Assembly (NCBI GenBank): GCA_002256025.1
Contig: NKIB01015198.1
Coordinates: 1 to 37,739 of the forward strand
Source of the DNA: Asterionella formosa
Lineage: Eukaryota
Reading direction: 5' to 3'
Length of the DNA stretch: 37,739 nucleotides
A program made the translations under genes and the position numbers. The notes under the pieces were generated by a model. It had not been told where the DNA came from and did no database searches. It worked only from the letters and a program-made list of their open reading frames with translations. Shown piece by piece: positions 10,483 through 22,390 of this stretch (positions are counted from its first letter, which is position 1; each line of letters begins with the position of its first letter).

Positions 10483-11073
10483 TTACTCTTCCTTGTATTC
10501 ATCGCCGGCTCCATCTTGCAAAACTTCCTTGAGCTCCACACGAATTTCGTTAAAATCATCTCCTTGCAGAGTATCTTTGACAAACTTGCATTCCACCCTC
10601 AAATTGACCTGCTCCAACGCCCCCCTTAAAATGCCGCAATAAAGGTTGCTATAGTTCAGATCCTTCCAATTCTTAGTTCCGTCATTTTCAGGAAGCTCCA
10701 CAAAAAGAGCCAGCGGGTTGTCGTACATGATCAGAGAAAAAGCCGAATCCGACGCCATTTGAATTTCACAGCTCACCCCAAGAAACATGCGAAAGCCCGT
10801 TTTCGCCACAACTTCTGCCGTATCTTGCAAGTTACTGCAAGGTGGAACCACCATGCCAGCTTGATCAGCCTTGGCCAGGAATTCGTCGACGCATCGAACG
10901 CCCATGGAATAACCCATTTTGTCAAGCTGTTCATTGATTTCGGCAATGGTGTCGTAATCGCGGACCAATTCTGTCACCAAGGTGCCGTATGTCAGCGCAA
11001 AGAGTTCCGCGTTCGCCTTGGGCATTTTCAACCAAAGGGCTTGACCATTGGCAGCAGCGGGTGACTTCGACAT
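10483..11073 (-). CDS. BET3: Trafficking protein particle complex subunit 3 (Bet3), 196 aa
   Basis: NAELFALTYGTLVTELVRDY, INEQLDKMGYSMGVRCVDEFLAK, VVAKTGFRMFLG, DNPLALFVELP, YSNLYCGILRGALEQV. The start is at the ATG at 11073 (MSKSP). Confidence 0.95.
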   Translation of the reverse strand: MSKSPAAANGQALWLKMPKANAELFALTYGTLVTELVRDYDTIAEINEQLDKMGYSMGVRCVDEFLAKADQAGMVVPPCSNLQDTAEVVAKTGFRMFLGVSCEIQMASDSAFSLIMYDNPLALFVELPENDGTKNWKDLNYSNLYCGILRGALEQVNLRVECKFVKDTLQGDDFNEIRVELKEVLQDGAGDEYKEE

Positions 11074-13325
11074 GCTTCTCACAAGGGTGTTATAGGTTAT
11101 GCGTGTATTAGTTAGTGTAACAACTATAAGGGAGCTGTGATGTGGTGGAGATGTCGTGCTCAAGGTTCTTCTAGTTCTATTATTGCGATTATCAAATTGC
11201 TCAAGCTTTGCTCTTAAGTGATGGGTTTGCTCGTACCGGTATACCGGTATATCAAAGACCACCGGTAGCTACTTTAGTTTTTTTGTATCGACGACGATGC
11301 ACGAGCTTTCTAATAAAAGAGTGCGCACGCTTTGTTGATTACCATCCAAGGCATCAAGCTTTATAATCATTTCCTTGAAGAAAAATGCATTTGTTATTGA
11401 GCCACAATTAATGACCTGTTCGCAACACTGCAAATACACTTCTACTATATTTGCTGATACCATTTGACAACAATGCAGCAACTACTTTGACCACCAACAC
11501 AACAACTCAAGAATGCAAATCAGTAACCATGGTGTTCATCAAATGTGCAACTATTCATTTAATAGTGCGTTTTCTGAACCTGTCTAAACTAGTATGAATC
11601 CAATAAATATGTAGGGCAGATATTCAAATGGGATGCAATCTTGCTTGCTCCATAGTTTTTTTGATTCCTGATGAATCCAAATTGAGTGCATTTGATGTTT
11701 ATTATTATTTTCATACATTTGACTAGTATGATGAAACCAAAATTGAAGCCGCTGGTCACACTGCAATAATGATTGATAACGAAAAAATCCTTGCTGTTGT
11801 ATTGCAAACAAGTAATATACAATTAGTTGAAAGTGACAACCTTTGTGAAGGTATCCCACTGGAAACATTTTTCAAGGAAAATACAATCAGATGAAAGAAC
11901 CACAACAAGTAACCAGAAACTCATGGAAATTGACCGCAATGACCAAAATCCATCAAACAGCATCATTCAGTTGAGGAATGCTCAGACAAATTTGAGGAAA
12001 GACTAAATGAAACAAGCAGGTACTAATAGGAGCACGAACTTACTGGTACCTAATTATAACGGTACTACCGGTAGTGGACATGTGGCGCACGGCATAGTGG
12101 AGTGCGGAGCGAGTGGTAACGGGGTAACATGTACCAGGTACCTGGTACCTGGTACTGGTTCCAGTTACTATGTAGTCCTGCAGATCTGAGAACCTGGTAC
12201 CAGGTGCCGTATTATGTGCTACATGATTGAACGAAGTTCTTACCAATAGGTATTCTCCTGCTTCCTTCATTGGTGCCGATGAGGTGGTGTTGTGACACCT
12301 ACCATGATTATAACATGTGTGAACGGAATTGCGAATTGAACTTGTATTCCCGCTTTAGTAGAGTTGAAGCACACACAACGGAGGCGCCAAACCTCGGTTT
12401 AACTGTTGGAAATGCTGTGACAGATTCACGCCTGTCAAACTAAATTTCGAATGAACAAGGACCGGCGGACGCCAGGCTGCAATGTGCAGGATACAAAAAT
12501 TGTCTCGTCTATACTCGCTGGCTTATATTCCAGATACAAAACTGTAGAGCAAAATGAGACTTGAAAAATCTGTTTGAAAGCGTTGGGTATCTATTTGTGT
12601 TCAATTTTCAAACCTGACTGTGAGTCTGCTCTAAGTAAACACAAGCATTTTTCCTTGCTGGCTTCTTTGAGGCGGGATTACTATGATCCGAGATGTTCTG
12701 CATCGTAGAGAGTGTAGGCGTGGTCTTGTGTCCGCACAGTATGCTTGTTTCAACGGCCACGCCGGCGATGAATGCGCCAGCCAGGGTTCCTCTCTCAGGC
12801 GTTTGCTTTCACGCAGGACAAGCACGTAGGCCTAGCACACCGTTTCGCGTCCTTTTCGGATAATAATAGCTTCTACACACAATCGTTTCTCTGAACTATA
12901 GCCGACTTTGTTCCCTCCGAAGTCTCGACGATTGGATTGCCGAGACACTCGTGAGACTAATAAGGAACAGCAGAGATTAGAAAGGAGATAAGCTAGCTCG
13001 TTGATTGCGACTTTGGTGTAGTCGGGACCTATTTTCGGCTGACATTGCATTTTTCCAACGGTTCTGTTTCTGCTTCGAGCTGGGTGAGCCATCACTGACG
13101 ACAAGAGACACTGAGCTACTCACCGGCACTCAGGCAGACGGTGATCGGATTGAGCGCAAGTAGAGCAATACAAAGGAAAAGTGAGGAAAAGAGACGTCTC
13201 TGATTCGTAATGCAAACGTCTGAAAAGTATTGGAAAGGGAAATCAATTAATAGACAGACAGCATTGGGACTACTAGGCCCGCAAACAACTCGAGCCAACG
13301 ACAACGAGCGGAAAGAGGGCGAGCA

Positions 13326-14795
13326 ATGAGCGAAGAATGGGGGAGACCTTCGCCGAAACGCCAGCGCCAGGAAGATACCAAGGATAGTGACCCCTCTGAC
13401 CCCAGGGGCAGAATGTCCAACCATCACGGCCCTTCTCAGGTCCAAGACGAAGCGCAGCGCGCTGCATCGGTCACTGCTTGGCAGCAGCACCACGGAACGC
13501 CACCCGGGCGGCACCCTCCCCCTTCGAGCTACGACTATGGGCCGGGAATGATGCCTCCTCATGATCCTGCTGCCGGATACCCACCAATGCCACCGCACGG
13601 ATACCAACACTACCAGCACCCAGGTTACGGGCCACCGCCTCCCATGGGATATCCCATGTATCCACCACCTCCGCCCCATTATAGTGCTCCCCCGTATGGT
13701 GGCTATCCTCCGCAGCACTACCAACCTCCTTATGATATGCCACCCCCACATCAGTCACCCTACCCCTACTATCAACCTCCCCATCCTCCTCACATGATGC
13801 ACCACTATGCTGAGGACGAAAAGGAAGGCGAGGAAGATGAAGGCATGGATGATTTAGAAGATGGGGGAGAAATGGGAACTTATACGCGCTTGAAAATGTA
13901 CGTAAAGCCGAAGGTTCCGACTAGGCAAGAAATTTTGGATCGAAGGGCCAGGAAAAACGCGCAGTCACGATCCAGAGCCAGCAAACTCAGAGAACGCATT
14001 CAAGAAATCAAGACCAGGCCCGACGAAGAGAGAACAGACGAAGAGCGGGCTTTATTAGGTCAGTATGAAGGGCGGAGAGGAAGGAAAAATGATCGTTCGA
14101 GGGATCGAGCTATTGAGAAGAAGAGTGAAATTGAACGGATCCTCAACAAACCAGAGAGAAAACGGACGAAACTTGAAAAACAGTTTTTGGAAACTGCACT
14201 CAATGCTAAGCAAAGAAAGAATGAAGGAGATCGACTACGGCGGCAGAGAATCAAGTCATCCTCCAAGTCGGGGAGCAGGTCGTATGATAGCGAATCAGCA
14301 TCAGATGCGGGAGCCTCTCGAACACCAACAAGTGGTGGCGCTAAGCACCCAAACATCATTTCCAGGCCCCCACCAGGTTATGCATCCACCATGCCGGACA
14401 TTCCAATGTCGCCTTTACCTACTCATACCGGGCATGCTGTTTATCAATCACCAGGGATGCCAGGGATTGGCTTCCCTAGCCCACCTACCATTGGAGCTCG
14501 GGGTCGAGCCGTACCGCCGGGTGGGTTGGAAACTCCTGGTAATGTGTCCTCGTCGTCCAGGCTTCCGCTTCCATTCATGCCACCATCACAACAGTATGAC
14601 GACGCTAGTGCAGAGGAGCTTCCAGGGAGTCAACTTCATTTGCCGCAGCGCTCTACTGATGTAGAGCAGCGAAGGAATCCAGATGGGAGTCTAAGCATTT
14701 CCATTGGCGGTGGGTTAATGTACAGTGCAACTCCTGAAAGGGACGAGGGCCCATTAGAAGACGACGATGATCCGGATAACCGTGAGTCTGAATAG
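13326..14795 (+). CDS. Uncharacterised protein with a Pro/Tyr/His-rich N-terminus, an acidic patch and a basic 44-aa helical repeat (putative nuclear nucleic-acid-binding protein)
   Basis: 489-aa intronless ORF. NLS-like PSPKRQR, PPP/GYP low-complexity tract, acidic EDEKEGEEDE, then RRARKN / RRGRKN / AKQRKN spaced exactly 44 aa apart. Confidence 0.8.
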   Translation: MSEEWGRPSPKRQRQEDTKDSDPSDPRGRMSNHHGPSQVQDEAQRAASVTAWQQHHGTPPGRHPPPSSYDYGPGMMPPHDPAAGYPPMPPHGYQHYQHPGYGPPPPMGYPMYPPPPPHYSAPPYGGYPPQHYQPPYDMPPPHQSPYPYYQPPHPPHMMHHYAEDEKEGEEDEGMDDLEDGGEMGTYTRLKMYVKPKVPTRQEILDRRARKNAQSRSRASKLRERIQEIKTRPDEERTDEERALLGQYEGRRGRKNDRSRDRAIEKKSEIERILNKPERKRTKLEKQFLETALNAKQRKNEGDRLRRQRIKSSSKSGSRSYDSESASDAGASRTPTSGGAKHPNIISRPPPGYASTMPDIPMSPLPTHTGHAVYQSPGMPGIGFPSPPTIGARGRAVPPGGLETPGNVSSSSRLPLPFMPPSQQYDDASAEELPGSQLHLPQRSTDVEQRRNPDGSLSISIGGGLMYSATPERDEGPLEDDDDPDNRESE

Positions 14796-14993
14796 GGGGG
14801 GAGGCAAATTCAGTTGGTTTTCCATTATTGTTTTTTACGTTTTGCCTCCAACATTGACATTTAAGTCATGATTTAGACCAATATATATATGTGCTAGAGA
14901 AATAATGGGTTTTCTTTATTTATTTGGAATAGCATGACTTTTCCTTAGTTCGCATACAACGAGCGATATAACAGGCACGAACAATATCAATCG

Positions 14994-17900
14994 CTAGTCC
15001 GAATCTGAAAGGATTTCGAGTGGCTCGTCTGCTGTACGTCCACGTCCTTCAAAACCTTTGCATGGGTGGTATTTGACAGCTTGATGCACAACGCCTGGCA
15101 GCGATACTGGCATGCTTTCACATCGTAAAGCATCTTGAATTTCCGCCATTATTGTCGACTTTTTAGAATGGCTAACGGGCGACTCGTCACTAGCTGAGAT
15201 AGGACAGTTTTCAATAACTGGTTTCAACGGCTCATCCGTGCTTGTGTTGTCACAATTTACCTGTTGCGAAATGGTTGCGGTGGCAGCAGATGACTTCTGG
15301 ATTGTGTATAATGAACCGGACTGCGTTGTCAACACATCCGCCCCACCACCATCAGAATCCAAAAGAGCAGGTGTGGCATCAAGTCCAGCTTCGGTATTCC
15401 CCACAATCTCCTCTGGATGTGACTGCTGCTCATCGGCACGTATGCCATCAGTGGTAGCCACATCATCACGCCCTCTCTGATAAGCGGCTGCAGCGTCAAG
15501 GTCCTTTGTGCTATGAATAGCAAGAAGATCAGGATAGTACACTTTACCGAAAAGCATCGATGCCATACTAGAGTTTTTCTTTGGTTGCTTGACCGGCGAC
15601 ATTGCATTTTCATTTAATTTGCGTTCTTCAAAGATTTCAAGTGTTCCGAGGTTCCTGAGGATCACATCGTTCTGTATCATTTGTTTCGTGCTCTTAAGGA
15701 CAGCTGCATCTCTAACAGGATCAGCCGTTGGGACAACTTCGTCAAGAGAGGTTGAATAGACGTTTGAAATTTTCTCGCTTTCCTCCCTGGCTTTTATACG
15801 AATCAGAAGGTTCATGTTTCTGCTGTACCAATCAGCGTCTCTTTCGGTATATTTGCACATATTGTGAAACGGGTCTTGATTCATTTCACAAAACCACTTC
15901 GCCCCTCCAAGCTCCTCAACTTCTTCATCGGTTTCAAAGATAAGCATTCTCCACTGGATGGCACGTTTGATCACGAGGTTAGAGTGTGTAAGGTCTTGAA
16001 GGCATTATCGGTACCTTACCGGCTTACCTTGTTACAATTGTCACACGCGATCCAGTTGTCATTGCTTCTCATTTGCGTGAGTTCTCTTCGGGTGAAACTG
16101 CGTTCGGGATACTCTTGATCAACGACTCGAGCGCCTAAACCAGTTTTTTTCGAAAGATTAGCTACAATCTTTTCCTCCATGCTTCCTTCAGTGAGGAGTC
16201 GATACGCATATACTGGTTTCACTTGGCCGTATCGCCAGCAGCGGGATATTGCTTGGCTTGAGATTGATGGATTAAAATGGTTGTCCATGATGACAACGCG
16301 GTTTGCTCCACACAAATTGATTCTAGGAAGAACCACGAGTTTTAGAAGATAAAAAAATGGAGAGAAAGGGATGAAAAAGCAAACATAAGAACGTACCCAA
16401 TCCCACCAGCTTCAATCGAAATAAGGAATGCTTTGCTATCTCGGTCGCTATTAAACGCTGTAATGAGTGCTCCGCGATCGGTTGCTGTTGTTCCACCATC
16501 AATTCTATAGTAGTCAACTTGACTGTCCCAACCACCAAGTTTAAGCGTCGATGAAAGGAGATGCCGATTACTTACGAAAACTGACCAATCGGAGCACAAG
16601 ACATTCTCAATGAAGTCAAGGGTCGGTAGTGACTGGCTAAAAATGACAACTTTGTCACCGATTTCCTGCGCGTGAGCAAGAATTTGAAGCAGAAGGACAA
16701 TTTTCTTTCCTTGTTCAATTTTGTTAAACAATGCTTCGCCTTTCTTTGATGCAACAGGCCTCCACCATGCTTCGTCTGCAGCTTCCCCCTCTCCTTGAAA
16801 TGACGTGTCCTGGGTAGGAATAGGCAGTGTGTCCTCCTCCTGTTTGACTGCTTGGGCAACTGATATACATGACTTTTGTGATGCGATCATCGTGTTTTTA
16901 TCGTTTTCGTCGTCGTCTTCATCTGTATCACTCAGTAACTCAATGATATCGCACACAGTTGAGGGCATTAGTGATTGTGACCCGGCGCCATTGGATCCCA
17001 AACCCAAATGGCTCGATTTCGTTTGAAACGTAGAAAACAAGGGAATGAGCCGCTTCTGAGAAGTTGCTTTGAAGCGGGGAGGAATCAAAAGAGTCCCAGG
17101 ATGGTTATTCACCAAGAATTGAGCCTTATATGCTCGAAAAAAGTTTCTGTCGTCTGTCTTGGCGGAATGTTTTTTGAAAGCTGCGTACAAGCTGCGCTGA
17201 AGTGCACTTTGGCGAACATGAAGAATAGCTTCTTGCAGCGGTGGCAGCTGCTCTTTCAAGATCGTGCTATCTCGTCGTAGTGTGAATGCTTCCATTATCT
17301 GATAAAGCTCTTTGGATTTCTCGACTTGCATAGCCACTGCTTCCGTTTCAGCGTCACGAGCCATTCCATCCTCAATCGGCTTCATGAAACGTTTATTGAA
17401 CGATGATTCAGTTCCTAAAATTCCTGGTCTTACCCACGAAGCCATTCGAAAGTATTCTCGAAGGTTGTCTTTGAAGTTTCCAAGTGTCAGAAAACGCTCA
17501 TGAACACACACTGCGGTGACTAGTTAGACTTACTTTGGAATGGGGTCCCAGTCAACGTTATCCTACGTTTGGTCCGAACCATACCTAATGCATCTGACAG
17601 GGTAGTTTTATTTTTCAGCATTGTATGACCTTCGTCAAGTATAATCAAATCAGGGCCAGGCGAGTGCAAAGCCTACAGGGAACATAAAATCGTGAGCACC
17701 AGCTTGACATGGACTGAAACAATTATACGAGAAATACATAACAAGCATACCTCGCTGAGTACCTTGTTCCTTTTCGTTTGTTTCTCCTTGCTTATGTTCG
17801 CAAACGCTCGGTCACCAATAAGCAGCACTCCTCCTTTATGGTGCCACTCTGTGATCATGTATACTCGCAAAGCTGGTTGCAGGATATGAAAATTGTGGAC

Positions 17901-20371
17901 CACGATGTTATTCGCAAGCGGATCTACCCATAACTTGAACTCGTTCATCCAATTGTCAAGAGTATTAACAGGAACAATTATGAGTACTTTCTTGATGAAC
18001 CGGCATGGTTCAGATCCACCTAATGCAGGAAGTTCAAGAGAAGGATGGTTCAACAGCGAGTGGAGTAATGAAATTACGGCTGAATGGAAAAAGATGGGTT
18101 AATCTATTGTCGTGACTAATAATTCGAAAGGCGAACAAGAACAAACAATGGCTCTGTGACGAACCTGCCGTTTTTCCGAGGCCCATGAAGTGCGCCAAGA
18201 TGGCTCCTCCAACTTCTTTTTCTTCCTTGGCTTCTTCATATCTGGTTGCTAATGCTAGATCACCGCAAACCTTTTCCCACAAAAAACGAATGCCTTCAAC
18301 CTGATGAGACTTCATTCTTGAGGCCAGTGGTGCGGCCACAGAGATCGATCGCTGAATCGATTGATTATCTTTAGTGCAGAGGACGAGACAAGATTCCTGG
18401 AACTCGTCATTCGCAAATTCTTTCCCAGTTGCTGTCGATTCGGTCGTTCCTTCGTAGACATGTTCGCTTGAATCTGTTAGTTTGCCAGAATAATCCTTGG
18501 AACTTCGTTGTTCCCTCGCAGATTGCGCCACTAAAGCAGAGCGACGACTCATCGATGCATCCACCCGTTGGTTGTTTATCCTTCTTCTGGGTTTTTGTGC
18601 AAACAAAGCAGATCTCTCCATGTCTGATGGCTCCTTGCGTTTCTGTGAAGAGCTGTCAAGTTGACGTGCTCGCTGAACCGGACGAGCAAAAGTCCCTCCA
18701 GAGGTAACAACAGTAGCTTGATTCTGTTCTTGTTGACATTCTCGGTCGTCATCGTCATCATGGAAATATTTCAACCGGCGGCCACGCTTCTCGAGTCTCT
18801 CATTTTCCGTTTTTATTCTATCCGCTAGGCCTTTCTTCCGCTTCGTATGATATGACTGACCAGCTGCAGACCAACAACTCTTTCGTTCCCCATTTTTCTC
18901 CTTGAATATCTCAAATTCTGGTAAGTCATCGTCATCCCCTAGATCTTCGATTGAAGACGCATCGCTTAAGGAATCCTCATCCGCTGCGTGGTTTCTCGAA
19001 CATTAGAATAAAAGATGAAACTTAAGTAAAACATTTCTGAGCAGCCCACTTACATGACTGGCCCTGTTGAGGTTCAAGTTTCGGCATGCCCCTCTCCACT
19101 CGAGCTCTCCATTTCCTTTCGTAATCGTTGTCCTGGAAGGCCTTGGAATCCTTGTAATATGATCCACAATCAAAACCAAGACACTGGAGCCTCTCTTGTA
19201 TATTGTACAAATTATCCATAAGCCGATGTTGGTGTTCTAAGCCCCTTTCTTCGTAGATTGCCAGCTCTGCTGTCGCTCGCTCGTCAACATCAAGGCGATC
19301 ATCATACAGCTGAGCGAATTCTCTTGCAAACTTGGCCTTCTTCTTCTCAAGCCATTGCAGGTTCCCCCATTTTTCGCATTCCGTTAATTCATTTTCAATC
19401 CTCTGGAGTTGTTCGAATAGTTCCAAGGTACTCTGGTCTTTCTCTTCGGCCGAGAGCTGCCGCCCCTCCTTACTATCAGTCTTTTGGTCAACTCGAATTT
19501 CTTCAAGTGCAGCCGGTGTATTGCACACAAGACATGCCCAACCAAGATCATTATTATTTAACAAACTCGTTGCTCGGTCCATTCCCTTGGACCCACCTCC
19601 AATAGACTTGGCCACACAATGGATACAAAATACCTTTGGACAACAGTCACACAGGAACAAATGGTCTCCCTCGTCCGTCCCACAACCTAGACATACCTCG
19701 GCGTCTTCCTGGAATTCAGGTTGTTCATCCTGTGCACGTACAATGAGATCACAACACAAACTACAAATAGGAACCTGTAGCAGGGGGTGTAAACCAAGTC
19801 CATACAGACATGGTGTCCCATTCAGCTCCTTGAGACGAATTTCGCAAACCCAACAGTGCGATTGAAAAAACATTGTTTGCGGCAATTCATATGTGTCATT
19901 CTCATCAAATCTGGTTGGAGTTTCATGGCCGGACGAATCTTCATCATTAGAATCATTGTTTGAATCAGGAAGGGTCATCTCCTTTTTAATAATGTTGTGT
20001 GTCTTTGACAAAATAGTAGTAGTAGTAGTAGCAGTAGGAGTAGTTGTATTGTTCCCCCTTCGCTGTGTCATGGCTAACAACTCAACTTGTTCGGCGGCTG
20101 TCAACCAAGGTACTGAAACATTCGTAGGAGTTGTTGTTCGATCTGGCAGATTCGATTCTAGCTTGGACCGCACAACCGTAGGGGTAATCGTTTGTAATGT
20201 TGCTCGTTTCTTTGTTGGGCTGTTGCTGTTGCTAATGTTGCTAATCTTGTGGTGATTGTTATCATTCACTCCGGGCATGATTGTAGATGCAGTTCGCGAT
20301 GAATTGTCCTCATCGTGATCCCTGCGAGCCATAATAGTAGTGATAAGCCTACGCTTTCTTTTTTGTGGCAT
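14994..20371 (-). CDS. ATRX: ATRX-like SNF2 chromatin remodeller (ADD domain + SNF2 ATPase + HELICc + CW zinc finger), 7 exons, about 1643 aa
   Basis: Exons read manually: 20371-19054, 18983-18165, 18079-17751, 17672-17534, 17468-16397, 16322-16028, 15953-14994 (4932 nt, in frame). All six introns are GT-AG, 65-85 bp. Splicing restores GGAILAHFMGLGKTAAVISLLH, DLIILDEGH, LTGTPFQNNLREY, KVVIFSQ, YYRIDG, AGGIGINLCGANRV, QAISRCWRYGQVKPVYAYRL and WIACDNCNKWR..KWFCEMN. The N-terminal CWVC..LHPLLQVPICSLC..LCDCCPKVFCIHC..WACLVC is ADD-like. Confidence 0.9.
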
Positions 20372-20745
20372 TTTGTTAATCACAATGTGAATAATTCAAC
20401 AAAACTGATTCAACAAACTGATGAAACAAAATGATTGAACAAACTGATGGTAAGAGATCCACAACAGACGATTCAAGAGTGATACCACTATAAAAGTTTC
20501 GTTTGTTCCTGCAGAAAAGCAATGGAGCCGATAGTTCCAGACACGAGATGGTTTGTTCAACAGTCCAGTAACGGTACTAGTTTTGTTTTATGTCATACAC
20601 TGAATTCTTCTTTGAGTCACCCAGGTGAGGTTTTGATGGTTGTGTTGCTGGATCATGTCTTTTCTAAATGTTGCCGAAAGAACAGTATAGTATGTGGCAC
20701 AGTACACATGATTTAAGTTCTTGGGTCCTACCGGTAGTCTACGGT

Positions 20746-20807
20746 ACTCCCACACTCCTTACTGTCCCGCACGGTCTTGCCTGGTATGCATGAAATAGTG
20801 GATTTGC
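20746..20807 (+). repeat. Partial (3' part) copy of the tRNA-like dispersed repeat
   Basis: CACTCCTTACTGTCCCGCACGGTCTTGCCTGGTATGCATGAAATAGTGGATTTGC is identical to 21010-21064. It may be an assembly duplicate across the gap. Confidence 0.8.
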
Positions 20808-20814
20808 GGGGGGG

Positions 20815-20889
<75 letters not shown>

Positions 20890-20928
20890 GGGGGCGGGGG
20901 GGGGGGGGGCGGGGGGGANNNNNNNNNN
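20808..20928. other. Poly-G run plus a 10-N scaffold gap (probable sequencing or assembly artefact)
   Basis: About 110 nt of near-pure G abuts Ns at 20919-20928. The identical sequence copy at 21010-21064 continues into a C run instead. Confidence 0.75.
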
Positions 20929-21075
20929 TGAGCACGTTGCCTTTGATCTGAGGTTGTGAGGTTCCATTCCCGCTATTTTTTGAGAAGCAATTGTTGGGTT
21001 CGACTCCCCCACTCCTTACTGTCCCGCACGGTCTTGCCTGGTATGCATGAAATAGTGGATTTGCCCCCCCCCCCC
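20929..21075 (+). mobile_element. tRNA-like, SINE-like dispersed repeat (copy 2)
   Basis: B-box-like GGTTCCATTCC (20960-20970), T6 run (20976-20981), B-box GGTTCGACTCC (20997-21007), then a body ending in a C run. A homologous inverted copy lies at 36684-36830. Confidence 0.6.
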
Positions 21076-22390
21076 TGCTATGTACTTGCAGCTTGTGCCA
21101 CCTTCCTAGGCAATTTGAGTTTCCCTGCCCAACACTGTAGCTAAAATGACATGGACATGCATTGCCAGTCAACTTTGATTTGATACCCCTAAAAATTTAT
21201 TAACCTTACAAAGCTAGCTAGTGACTCTGCTCCAAAGACCATCATGGTGGTGGTAACTTTTGAGAACATAATGAATCTATGAAGAACAACCATTAAAGGC
21301 AACATTCCTGTTTATTTGCTTTCATTGGAGACCATGTATGATTGTAATCATCATCATTGGGTGAGTTTGTCTGTACAAAAATCAGGACAGCATAGTAGTA
21401 GTGGGACAAGAATTTACTAGTTTTGTCTTGAATTTTTATGTATCATGTTAGTACAGAATCAAATCAAATCACCATTGAAGCAACAATGTAATGAAATATG
21501 ATGCAAACAAGGATCTGTATTATATATCATGACTTCATATATGTGATTATCATTCTAGTAGGCTGTTGTTGGTTCTTGGCACCAGTGAGATCTTCCAGTA
21601 CTACTACTGTCATGGTGGTGCTTGTGTGCTTGTTTGTGGCTTGTGGCAGGCATGTTGTGAAAGAATTCTTTTCCTTGATTTTGTAGATGGCATTGCTGTT
21701 TTGCAACACTTGTTTTAGTAGCTAAGAAAAAGTAAACACATCAGGGGGAGGACCTGCTGAAACAAAAAGTTTAGCTTTCTTTCTGACCACAACTTGCCTG
21801 GTAATTAATCAGGTACAGGTACTTACTTTTGAACTGCCAAGGTACCAGGTACCATGTCACTGGGACTACCGTAGGTTAAAATAGTAGAGTACCGGAGCTC
21901 TTTCTACCTTGACTGGCACGTACGTAGGCGGGTACCAGGAACTGTATGTAGGGGTATAAATGCCATGATGATGATAATAATACATCATATACTACCGGTA
22001 AGAGGAACAGCATGCGCAGCAAAATACAAAATACAAGCGGGCATCAAATTAAAAATGGTCATTGGATCCTTTGGTTACTATTTACCCGTACGCACTACGG
22101 GTTGATTGTAGGGGCAATCATACGATATATGTACCGGCATGTACGTGGTACCGTAATCGCTTTTGAAGTTCATGAATTTATGTATGTATGTATGTGTATG
22201 TATGGACATATCGTGCCAAACTAAACTACCTGGTACGGTAGACTATCTCAGTTTACCCAGAGACAGCCTTGTTTGTGCTATATAGGTTTTACATACAGCA
22301 TGCACAATATGTACTCTTGAGCATTTCATACAATCCTCGATCAATCGGGCTTTGCTTGAACTCATTGCGTGGCAATACGTTCGCGACAGA

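Noticed and set aside
13116..13758. Antisense ORFs (211 aa and others) over the Pro-rich gene
   Set aside because: These are shadow ORFs caused by the stop-poor reverse strand of low-complexity coding sequence.
20929..20975. Functional tRNA gene (for example Gln-TTG) or snRNA
   Set aside because: No acceptor stem or paired anticodon stem can be formed, and the copies diverge freely. I treated it as a tRNA-like repeat instead.
20728..21172. Poly-Pro and poly-Gly ORFs, and a G-quadruplex interpretation
   Set aside because: They derive from the poly-G run beside the N gap, which is probably artefactual.
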